A model generated the notes under the pieces. That model searched no databases, was not told the origin of the DNA, and was given only the letters and a program-made list of their open reading frames with translations. A DNA stretch of 64,000 nucleotides. Source: Polyangia bacterium. GTDB lineage: Bacteria; Myxococcota_A; Polyangia; Palsa-1104; SHYY01. The DNA lies in assembly GCA_036263495.1 (NCBI GenBank), contig DATAGU010000153.1:4611-68610 (forward strand), written 5' to 3'. This document shows positions 10,140 through 19,201 of the stretch, one piece after another. Made by a program: the position numbers and the translations under genes. Every line of letters starts with the position of its first letter. The first letter of the stretch is position 1.

Positions 10140-10300
10140 GCGACTCCACGGTCACGCCCACGCTCACGCTCCCGCCGCTGCTTACGCTCCCGCCGCCGCT
10201 CCCGCTCCCGCCGCCGCTCCCGCGCTCGCCGTCGCTCACGTTCCCGCTTACGCCGCCGCTCACGCGCACGCTCCCGCTCACGGGGCGGGGCCGCAACCGC
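10140..10300. repeat. Degenerate GC-rich short tandem repeat (~12-18 bp units, CGCTCCCGCCGCCG-like)
   Basis: cacgctcccgcc / ttacgctcccgccgcc / gctcccgctcccgccgcc / gctcacgttcccgcttacgccgcc, and so on. It lies between the 9578 gene's stop and the TetR promoter. Confidence 0.5.
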
Positions 10301-10349
10301 GGTCCGACGCGCCCGTGACGTCTCCAAGACCGCCAAGCCCCTCGCAGGG

Positions 10350-10414
10350 CGCTTGACAGCGATCCGAGCGCATTGTATTTGACCAGAATAGTATTTTAGT
10401 CAAAGGTCAGGTTC
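10350..10414 (+). promoter_or_regulatory. Putative promoter with a palindromic operator upstream of the TetR gene
   Basis: TTGACA at ~10354, then TTGAC-N15-GTCAA (tttgaccagaatagtattttagtcaaa) overlapping the -10 region, immediately 5' of the TetR ATG 10415. Confidence 0.35.
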
Positions 10415-11095
10415 ATGCCGCGCCCGAAGCTTGGTGAAGACACACGCGACCGCATCCTGGATGCGCTCGACGACCTCCTCGCCCACTACGGCTACAAGAA
10501 GACCGCCATCGAGGACGTGGCGCGCGCGGCGGGGATCGGCAAGGGCACCGTCTACCTCTTCTTTCCCAGCAAGGAAGAGCTCGTGCTCTCTTCGATCGAC
10601 CGCATCTTCTTGCGGGTGCTGGCGCGGCTGCGCGGCATCGCCGAGAGCGAGGCCGCGGCGCCGCGGCGCATCGAGGAGATGCTGATCGGGCGCGTGCTCT
10701 TCCGGCACGAGGCCGCGGAGAAGCACGCACGCGCCATCGACGAGATCCTGGCGGCGCTGCGCCCCGCCTTCCTCGCGCTCCGCCGGCGGCACCGGGCGGC
10801 CGAGGCAGAGCTGCTCGGCGCGGTGCTGGCCGCGGGCGAGCGCGCGGGCGAGCTCACGCTGCCCGAGTCGCCGCTCGGCGTCGCGCACTCCCTGATCCTG
10901 GCCACGGATTCGCTCCTGCCCGCGGCGTTGCCCGTCGAGGAGCTGGCCGAGCGCTCGCGCATCGCCGAGCGGGCGCACCGCCTGGCCGAGCTGCTCCTCG
11001 TCGGCCTCGTTGGATCGTCCGGTCGCGAGCCGGCCGCCGCCCGATCCGCCCCGCGAGGCGAGGCGGACGCGGGGCGCAAGAAAAGACGTTCATGA
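10415..11095 (+). CDS. TetR/AcrR family transcriptional regulator
   Basis: N-terminal HTH: TAIEDVARAAGIGKGTVYLFFPSKEEL. Confidence 0.85.
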   Translation: MPRPKLGEDTRDRILDALDDLLAHYGYKKTAIEDVARAAGIGKGTVYLFFPSKEELVLSSIDRIFLRVLARLRGIAESEAAAPRRIEEMLIGRVLFRHEAAEKHARAIDEILAALRPAFLALRRRHRAAEAELLGAVLAAGERAGELTLPESPLGVAHSLILATDSLLPAALPVEELAERSRIAERAHRLAELLLVGLVGSSGREPAAARSAPRGEADAGRKKRRS

Positions 11096-11125
11096 ATCGG
11101 TCCTGATGGTGACCAAAGGAGGTCT

Positions 11126-12235
11126 GTGATGAAGCGCTCTTTTTATCGTCTCACGATGTATCTCTTGGCCACGGCCGCCGGCCTGAGTGGCAGCGCCGCC
11201 CGCGCCGCCGAGCCCCCGCCCATGCCCGACTTCCCGGTCGACGCCGCCACCCGCCTCCAGGTGATCGACGGCGTGCTGGCCCGGCTCAACGAGTCCTACG
11301 TGTTCCCGGACAAGGCCAAGGCCATGGAGAAGGCCGTGCGCGAGCGGCAGAAGAAGAAGGAATACGACACCATCGCCTCCGGCCCGGCGCTGTGCCAGAA
11401 GCTCACCGCCGATCTCCAGACCGTGAGCCACGACAAGCACCTGCGCGTCTTCTGCAGCGCCCAGCCACGCCAGGTCGACGACCAGCGCGGCGAGCCGAGC
11501 GAGGCCGAGCGCGAGCGGCAGCGCCAGTTCGCCCGCCAGACCAACCACGGCTTCGAGCGCGTGGAGCGGCTGCGCGGCAACATCGGCTACCTCGACCTGC
11601 GCTACTTCGGCGACCCCGAGCTGTCCGGGCCGACCTGCGCCGCGGCCATGAACTTCCTCAAGGACACCGACGCGCTCATCATCGACCTGCGCGAGAACCA
11701 CGGCGGCGAACCGGCCATGATCGCGCTCCTCACCACCTATCTCTTCGCCGGCGAGCCCGTGCACCTCAACGACATCTACTGGCGGCCCGACAACTCCACC
11801 CACCAGTGGTGGACCCTGCCCTACGTGCCGGGCGAGCGCCACGCGGGCAAGGACGTCTACGTGCTCACCAGCAAGACCACGTTCTCGGGCGGCGAGGAGT
11901 TCTCCTACAACCTCAAGAACCTGAAGCGGGCCACGCTGATCGGCGAGGTGACCGGCGGCGGTGCCCACCCGGTGCAGTTCCGCTCGGTGACGCCGCACTT
12001 CGCGGTGTCGGTGCCGGCGGGGCGGGCGATCAACCCCATCACCAAGACCAACTGGGAGGGGACGGGCGTCCAGCCCGACATCGTGATGCCCGCGGCCGAC
12101 GCGCTCCGCGCCGCGCACGTGATGGCGCTCGAGAAGGCGCGCGGCAAGACCACCGATCCCGAGCACAGGGAGCGGCTCAGCCGGGCCATCGAGGAGCTCA
12201 AGAATGCCTCGGCCGAGGTCCGGCCGCGGGGCTGA
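11126..12235 (+). CDS. Secreted S41-family peptidase (tail-specific protease / IRBP-like domain)
   Basis: Signal peptide; IIDLRENHGG and TSKTTFSGGEEF motifs. Confidence 0.75.
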   Translation: MMKRSFYRLTMYLLATAAGLSGSAARAAEPPPMPDFPVDAATRLQVIDGVLARLNESYVFPDKAKAMEKAVRERQKKKEYDTIASGPALCQKLTADLQTVSHDKHLRVFCSAQPRQVDDQRGEPSEAERERQRQFARQTNHGFERVERLRGNIGYLDLRYFGDPELSGPTCAAAMNFLKDTDALIIDLRENHGGEPAMIALLTTYLFAGEPVHLNDIYWRPDNSTHQWWTLPYVPGERHAGKDVYVLTSKTTFSGGEEFSYNLKNLKRATLIGEVTGGGAHPVQFRSVTPHFAVSVPAGRAINPITKTNWEGTGVQPDIVMPAADALRAAHVMALEKARGKTTDPEHRERLSRAIEELKNASAEVRPRG

Positions 12236-12266
12236 GGTCTAATGAGGGCAGGGGGGATGAAGCAGG

Positions 12267-12305
12267 GCCGGGCGCGGTAAAAGCCCCGAGGGGTTCGCGC
12301 CCGGC
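12267..12305. terminator. Bidirectional terminator hairpin between convergent genes
   Basis: GCCGGGCGCG(12267-12276) ...19-nt loop... CGCGCCCGGC(12296-12305). Confidence 0.45.
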
Positions 12306-12313
12306 AGCGGTCT

Positions 12314-13175
12314 CTACTGCGCGGCTTGCGCGGGCGAGCTCCCGGTCTGGGGCGCCTGCGCGGCCGCGAGCGCCGGAGCGGCGGCGCCGGGCGCATCCGT
12401 GGACGTGACGGCCGCCTGCGTCGGCGGCGTCGCGCCTCCCTGATCGTTCTCCGCGTCGCCCGCGGTCTGACCCGGGCGGCGGCGCGAGGGGCGCACGCGG
12501 TCGGCCAGCTCCCGCTCGCCCGCCAGGCGCAGGAAGCCCGCCACCACCATCGCCGCACCGGCGAAGAACGCGTCATAATCACTGATCGAGCGGTTCTTCT
12601 GGGTCTGGGTCACCTGGGCCTCGCGCACCTCGCGCGCCACCTCGTCGAGGTGTCTCTCGAGGTCGCGGGCGAGGCCGGGGAGCCGGCTCGTGATCTGCGC
12701 GACGTCGATGGTGGCGCCGGCCAGGCGCGGCGGCGGCAGGGGGATCTTGCCGAGCGCCTCCACCACCTGACGGCCGAGGCGCATGAGCTGCACCGGATCG
12801 TCGGGGGTATCGCCCTCGAGACCGAGGGCGCGCACGATGCCCGGGCCGTAGAGGGCGCGCGTGAGGTCGCGCAGGCTGATGATCTCGGCCGCGAGGGCGT
12901 CGCGCGCCTGGTCGCGGGCCTGGCGCGGGGCGTCGTCGTCGCTCAGCTCGAGCTCGTGCGTCTCGTCGGCGCTCATCATCACGTCGGCCGAGCCGCGCTG
13001 GGCGCGGCCGATGAGCTCCACGACGAGGGTGAAGTCGGGCAGCTGTTCGTCTGGACGGAGGTAGGGGGTAAAGAGGCTGGTGAGCGCCTGGCCGATGCGC
13101 TCTCCATAGGTATCGGCGGCGGCGGCAACGGCGGTGGCACTCTTCTGGCGGTCGGCAACGAGTTTGGAGGGCATG
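12314..13175 (-). CDS. Hypothetical protein with an Ala/Pro-rich C-terminus
   Basis: AGGAGA precedes ATG at ~13175 (MPSKLVADRQKS...). The longer extension to 13480 translates the palindromic repeat array and is probably not coding. Confidence 0.45.
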
Positions 13176-13295
13176 GCGTTCTCCTGTTGAGGAAGGGGTT
13201 GGGGAGCAGATGGCAGGAGGTCTAGCGCAAGAAATCTGGCGGGCAAGGCGAATGGACGAAAAATTTCACTTCGGGTGGACATGGACGGGGCTTTT

Positions 13296-13500
13296 GGTGT
13301 GCCAACCCACATTCCCGCGGCGGGGGAGGGGGTCGGCGAACGGAAAATGGCGTTCCCCGCAGCGGGGAACGCGATGAGCGAACGGCCAGGAGCGGATCCC
13401 GCAGCGGGAAACGCGATGGGCGAAAGGAAAGGGGCCGAAAACGCGGCGGGGGCAGGGATGATTCGTGTGCCAGCCCACATTCCCGCGGCGGGGCAGGGGA
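13296..13500. repeat. Array of five CCCGC-N(1-3)-GCGGG palindromes in ~42-bp repeating units
   Basis: TTCCCCGCAGCGGGGAA (perfect 17-nt palindrome, ~13350), ATCCCGCAGCGGGAAA (~13392), and CATTCCCGCGGCGGGG twice (13306 and 13475). Each is followed by aacgcgatg(a/g)gcgaa. Confidence 0.6.
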
Positions 13501-13987
13501 TTGGCGCAGGAAAGGAGGCGGAGGAGCCAGCGGGGAAGGGGATTGACGCCCGCGGTGCCCTGCCGATCCCCTTCAGAGTATGGGCTGGTAGGGCGCAGGG
13601 TCGAACCGGAGGCGAGCGGTCGCCGAGAGGAGAGCGTGGCCCCGCAGCGACGGGAGAGGTGCGCGCCGCCCCGGGAACGCGAGTGAGTTCGAGCGATCCT
13701 ATCGATAGATGTTTGAATACATCAGAGTGTTCTGATGCGTGTGTAATTTTGTATTTCGATAGAAGGCACCGAAAAAAATGCGCCGGATCGGAGGCTGCGG
13801 AGATCGATCAGAGGGGCACTTTTCCGTCGAGGAGCGTCTCTCGAAAATCCCTCGGTAAGGGAGCACACAGGAATAGAAGACAATATACAAATGCGACCTC
13901 ATCAATCGAAATAATCTTTACATCGGAACAACGAGCGTGTTATTCGATAGTCAACGGTCGAAACACAAAGAAGCACGGAGGCCCACC

Positions 13988-14143
13988 ATGAAGAAGCAGC
14001 CGAATCAGCCCCGGAAGAAGATGTCGCTCAGCAAGGAGACGCTGCGACTCATGACGGCGCTCGAGCTCAAGCAGGTGATCGGCGCTTCGATCGGCGGACC
14101 GACGGCCGAGTGCACCGGCACCTGCGGCGGTTCTGGTGGCTGA
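13988..14143 (+). CDS. Small peptide (51 aa) with a double-glycine-type leader (ELKQVIGA) and a Cys/Thr/Ser/Gly-rich C-terminal 18-mer; candidate RiPP/bacteriocin-like precursor
   Basis: GGAGG sits 8 nt before ATG 13988. Translation MKKQPNQPRKKMSLSKETLRLMTALELKQVIGA|SIGGPTAECTGTCGGSGG*. The gene lies at the edge of a 300-bp AT-rich island. Confidence 0.4.
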   Translation: MKKQPNQPRKKMSLSKETLRLMTALELKQVIGASIGGPTAECTGTCGGSGG

Positions 14144-14705
14144 ACCCGATACATCCCGCCTCCTATCCCCCGCAGGGTGCGGCACAATCCTTTCTTGTCG
14201 ATTGTCCTGCGCACATCCCGACTCCTTCTGAAACACCGCCCGCTCCTTCTTTCAAAAACCTTGAACTCCGAGGACTGCAGGCCGCGAAGACGCACTTCCT
14301 CGCGCTGGGGGACGCCAGCGCCCGACCTGCGCAGCAGAGATGCGAAATACCCCAGGGGCGACCTCCGTCCTCCGACACCCTGAGAATCCGCAGGAAATAT
14401 GCGCAGATCGCGGCGAAGGCAGGCTTTGCCGCAAGGCGTCATCGAGAGAGCCCGAGGGAGCGGCCCAGAAGAGGGATCGCAGGTAGTGATCTCTTGGGAG
14501 AGGGACGTGCGGCGTCAGCGACGCGAGGAGGTATCCTCAACTTGGCGCTCTCTATAGAGAGCAGGACTCCTCCCGATCGGGCTCCCGCAGGCCGCAACCC
14601 CTTGATCCTCGACACTTTTGCGAGCTTGCCAACGGCTCCCGCGAGATTTGTGGGGACCGTGACGATTCTTGTTGGTGCGCGGCCGAGATTGGGTATCCTG
14701 GACGC

Positions 14706-15410
<705 letters not shown>

Positions 15411-15583
15411 TCAATCGATCCACCTGATCATGATCGTTCATGCCCCGTGTGCGCGATCCCTGAGCGTCAGGGGCCGCGGCGCGACTCCGCGGGCGTGTAA
15501 CCCGAAAACCCAGTTGCCTGCCTGCTGCGGCGCCGCCAGCGACGGCATTCACTGTGGTCTTCGGGCGTAAGGGCCGCGCCCCG

Positions 15584-17290
15584 TCAGCCGCGCCAGCCCT
15601 GGGCCACGGGGATGCGCCGGCCGGCGCCGAACGCCTTGGAGGTGAGCTTGAGTCCCGGAGCCGCCTGGCGGCGCTTGTACTCGTTCGCGCGCACCATGCG
15701 CGTCACCTCGCTCACGAGGCGAGGATCGTAGCCCTCGGCGCGCAGCGCCACCGCGTCCAGCCCCCGCTCCACGATGGCCTCGATGAGCCGGTCGAGCACG
15801 TCGTAGGGCGGCAGCGAGTCCTGGTCCTTCTGGTCCGGACGCAGCTCGGCCGAGGGCGGCTTGTCGATGGTGGCCTGGGGGATGATCTCGCGCTCGCGGT
15901 TCACCTCCGCGGCCAGGCGATAGACCATCGTCTTGGGCACATCGGCGATGACCGCCAGGCCGCCCACCATGTCGCCGTACAACGTGCAGTAGCCGACCGC
16001 GAGCTCGCTCTTGTTGCCGGTCGAGAGGACGAGGTGGCCATGCTTGTTGGACAGCGCCATCAGGATGGCGCCGCGGATGCGCGCCTGCAGGTTCTCCTCG
16101 GTGGTATCGGGCGCCTTGCCACGGAAGGCCGGGGTCAAGGTCTCGAGGAAGGCGGTGAACGGGCCCTCGATGGGGATCACCTCGTAATGGATGCCCAGGC
16201 GCTCGGCCAGGACGCGCGCGTCATCCAGCGAGCCGCGCGAGGAATAGCGCGAGGGCATGGAGATGCCCCAGACATGGGCCGGGCCGAGGGCGCGGGCGGC
16301 GACGGCGGCCACGAGCGCCGAATCGATGCCGCCCGAGAGTCCCACCACCGCGGTGGAGAAGCCGCAGCGCCGCGCATAGTCGCGCGTGCCGAGGGTGAGC
16401 GCGGCCAGCGCCGCCGCCTCGTCCGTGCCGTGGTCCCGCTCCGACGGCGGCGGCAGGACCGGATGCACCTCGCCCGTCGCCACGTCGATGTCGACGACGA
16501 GCAGGTCCTCGGCGAACTCGCGCGCCTCGGCCCGCACCTCGCCCGTGGCGTTGATGACCAGCGAGTGACCGTCGAACAGGAGCTCGTCCTGGCCGCCCAG
16601 CTGGTTCACGAACACGAGCGGCCGGTGATGCTTGCGCGCCTGCGCCGCGAGCATCCGCGGCCGGAGGTGCCGCTTGCCGAGATCGAACGGCGAGGCGGAG
16701 ATGTTGATGAGCACCTCCGCCCCCTGCCCGACCAGCTCGGCGATGGGATCGTGGGCGTAGAGCCGGTGCGGCCAGAAGTCGGGGTCGTTCCAGATGTCCT
16801 CGCAGATCGAGATGCCGAGCGTGCGGCCGCAGGCCCGCGCCACCGTCACCTGGTGCGCCGGCTCGAACCAGCGCCCCTCGTCGAAGACGTCATAGGTGGG
16901 GAGGAGCGCCTTGTGGTGCACCGAGACCACCTGGCCGTCGGCGATGACGGCGGCCGCGTTGCGCAGGCGGCGCCCCACGGCCGTGGGCTCGAGCGGGCGA
17001 TCGACGAACCCCACCACCGCGACCGCGCCGCGCAGCGTGGGCGCGAGCTGCGAGAGCGCGACCAGGTTGGCGCTCACGAAACCCTCGCGCTCGAGGAGGT
17101 CCTTGGGCGGGTACCCGGGGATCGTGAGCTCGGAGTAGACCACCAGCTCGGCCCCGGCCTCGCGGGCGCGGCCGAAGCTGTCCCGGATCATCTGCAAGTT
17201 GCCGTTGAAATCCCCGATGGTCGGGTTGAGCTGAACCAGGGCCACGCGCAGGCGCGGTTTCTCGGAGCTGGTTGTCGTCATGGGCTTCAT
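15584..17290 (-). CDS. nadE: Glutamine-dependent NAD+ synthetase
   Basis: N-terminal CN-hydrolase domain (RVALVQLNP...VVYSELTIPGY) and C-terminal NAD synthetase P-loop (VVGLSGGIDSALVA). Confidence 0.9.
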   Translation of the reverse strand: MKPMTTTSSEKPRLRVALVQLNPTIGDFNGNLQMIRDSFGRAREAGAELVVYSELTIPGYPPKDLLEREGFVSANLVALSQLAPTLRGAVAVVGFVDRPLEPTAVGRRLRNAAAVIADGQVVSVHHKALLPTYDVFDEGRWFEPAHQVTVARACGRTLGISICEDIWNDPDFWPHRLYAHDPIAELVGQGAEVLINISASPFDLGKRHLRPRMLAAQARKHHRPLVFVNQLGGQDELLFDGHSLVINATGEVRAEAREFAEDLLVVDIDVATGEVHPVLPPPSERDHGTDEAAALAALTLGTRDYARRCGFSTAVVGLSGGIDSALVAAVAARALGPAHVWGISMPSRYSSRGSLDDARVLAERLGIHYEVIPIEGPFTAFLETLTPAFRGKAPDTTEENLQARIRGAILMALSNKHGHLVLSTGNKSELAVGYCTLYGDMVGGLAVIADVPKTMVYRLAAEVNREREIIPQATIDKPPSAELRPDQKDQDSLPPYDVLDRLIEAIVERGLDAVALRAEGYDPRLVSEVTRMVRANEYKRRQAAPGLKLTSKAFGAGRRIPVAQGWRG

Positions 17291-19086
17291 CGGGCACCTG
17301 GGGTGAGAATGGGACGACCGACGACGCGGTAGCGGCCGAGCGGCAGCCCGCTCGGCAACTCCACGGTGAGATCGAAGCTGCCGTCGGGACGGAGCGGCGC
17401 GTCGCCGAGCGAGATGGGGAGCCCGCGCGGACGGACGAGCTCGATGGCCACCCGACCGGTCGTGCGCCGGGCCAGCTCGGGCGCCTCGGGCTCGGCGATC
17501 CGCCCGCGCACGCGCACGGTCTCGCCGCGGAAGGCCTCACGCTTCTCGAGATCGAGCGTGACCTTGGGCGCCGCGTTCCGCTGCGCGCCCGGATCCCCGG
17601 GGGCCTGCGGCGCATCGGCCGGCGAGGGGGGCGCGAAACCGAGGGACGAGGGATCGATGCTCTCGATGTCCGGAGAATCGACCCCCCCGAGGTACGAGCT
17701 GCGATCCCCCGCCGCGCCGGCCCCTCCACCGGTGCCGGTTCCCGGCGGACGCGGCGCGATCCCATTGTGATGCTGGTAGGCCTCGGGCTGGGGAAAGGGA
17801 TCGATCTCCTCGTTCTGATACGCCATTTTCCCCTCCATGTTGCGCGCCTCCTGGGCCACCGCCGCGCCGCCGAGATTGATGCGCCGCCAGCCCTGCCCGG
17901 GCAAGTAGATCTCCACGAAGACGTGCAGCTCGTTCTCGACGTAGCGGGTGGGGATGCCGAGGGACAGGGCGGTGATGGTGAAGGCGTACGACCGGTGGCG
18001 GCAGCTGCCCTTGCGGCTCAGCGCCAGGTCCAGGTAGGTCGAGGCCGAAGCGCCATCGAGCTCGCCTTGTTCGAAGCCGCGGAACCACTCCACCAGACGG
18101 TCGACGATGCGGCGGAGCGGCCAGGTGCGCTGGATCCCGAGCCGTCTCACGACCACCGCGGCGCGCAGCGCAACGGGCGCCGGCACCGGCACGGACAAGG
18201 GCGGCAGGCTCTCGAGGCCCAGATCCTCGGGCACCGCCCCCGCCACATAGCTGCGCGGGGCATCGACCAGCCATACCAGTCGGTGCGGCACGCCGGCGCC
18301 GCCCTCCTGGCCCGCCGCGCGCACGTAGAGATTGTCCGCGCCGTCGCGCGCGAACTCGAGCTCGGCCGCCGGATCACTCTCATAAGAGATGAGGCGCAGG
18401 TCCGCGGCCGGCGAGGGCAGGGGGATCCAGCGCCCGGGGACCAGGTTCAGCACCACCGAGCCCCAGAACGCGTCCCGCCGACCGCCCGCGGTGCGCGCCG
18501 CCGCCATCCCCTGGACCGGCCAGGGGCGCAGCTGGCGATCCGCCACCGTCAGCGTCTCGTCGGCCGCCACGGCGTCGAGCGCCGTCATCCGTTTGAAGGG
18601 GTAGACCGCGGGGTTGAAGACCTCGTGATAGACGTGCGTCCCGGGCGGCTCGCTGTCGGTCACCCGGTCCATGCGCACGCGATCGTGCCGCTCGGGCGGC
18701 GGATCGCCCACCGCCGGCGGGGACCCACCGCCCCCCACCACCGGTGTGAGCGGCTGCGGCTCGAAGACCGGTTCGTCGCGCTGGGGCGTGGGCGGCGCGA
18801 GCGGGCGGGACACCAGGCCCCCGGCCGTCTGGATCGCATCGGGCATCCCGGTCGCCGTCGCGTCGTCCTCCGGGTCACGACGGCAGTGACCGTCCTCGCA
18901 GCGCAGCGGCCCGAGCGGCAGATACTCGTGCAGGACCGGCCTCCCGCCCGCGCCCTTCACATCGGCGCGCACGGCGGCCTCGGGGACGAGCAGGCCGGCG
19001 CCGAACGCCATCGCCATGATCGTCACCGTCGCCCCGGTCGCCATGGGGCCGACACGCCAATGGAGCCGCAAGGGGGCCGGAGCCAT
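17287..19086 (-). CDS. Secreted transglutaminase-like (TGc) domain protein
   Basis: Signal peptide and the KGSCRHRSYAFTITALSLGIPTRYV...HVFVE Cys-His core. The start overlaps the nadE stop by 4 nt, so the two genes are probably an operon. Confidence 0.7.
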   Translation of the reverse strand: MAPAPLRLHWRVGPMATGATVTIMAMAFGAGLLVPEAAVRADVKGAGGRPVLHEYLPLGPLRCEDGHCRRDPEDDATATGMPDAIQTAGGLVSRPLAPPTPQRDEPVFEPQPLTPVVGGGGSPPAVGDPPPERHDRVRMDRVTDSEPPGTHVYHEVFNPAVYPFKRMTALDAVAADETLTVADRQLRPWPVQGMAAARTAGGRRDAFWGSVVLNLVPGRWIPLPSPAADLRLISYESDPAAELEFARDGADNLYVRAAGQEGGAGVPHRLVWLVDAPRSYVAGAVPEDLGLESLPPLSVPVPAPVALRAAVVVRRLGIQRTWPLRRIVDRLVEWFRGFEQGELDGASASTYLDLALSRKGSCRHRSYAFTITALSLGIPTRYVENELHVFVEIYLPGQGWRRINLGGAAVAQEARNMEGKMAYQNEEIDPFPQPEAYQHHNGIAPRPPGTGTGGGAGAAGDRSSYLGGVDSPDIESIDPSSLGFAPPSPADAPQAPGDPGAQRNAAPKVTLDLEKREAFRGETVRVRGRIAEPEAPELARRTTGRVAIELVRPRGLPISLGDAPLRPDGSFDLTVELPSGLPLGRYRVVGRPILTPGAR

Positions 19087-19201
19087 CGGGCAGAGTATAG
19101 CGCCGCCCGCCCGGCCTTTTGTTCTCTGCGTCAGTTGTTATGAAGGAAGGGGCGTGGCCCCGGGACCGGGGCCACGTGAACGCGGGCGAAGACGCCGGAA
19201 A

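Noticed and set aside
9353-10336. 327-aa minus ORF with RERERRR... repeats
   Set aside because: It translates the GC-rich tandem repeat at 10140-10300 and is antisense to the secreted protein gene 9578..10135.
13594-13700. Possible tRNA (GGGTCGAACC, GAGTTCGAGCGATCC T-loop-like strings)
   Set aside because: Neither the canonical GTTCRANYC T-loop nor a cloverleaf could be built by eye. tRNAscan would be needed; none is called.
13275-13991. 238-aa + ORF spanning the palindrome array and AT-rich island
   Set aside because: It runs through non-coding-looking repeats and an AT-rich segment and ends exactly at the SD/ATG of the small peptide gene; it is likely a non-coding regulatory region. Weak possibility that the FPAAGNAM repeats are translated.
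15554-17332. 592-aa + ORF
   Set aside because: Antisense to nadE, which has unambiguous NAD synthetase motifs.
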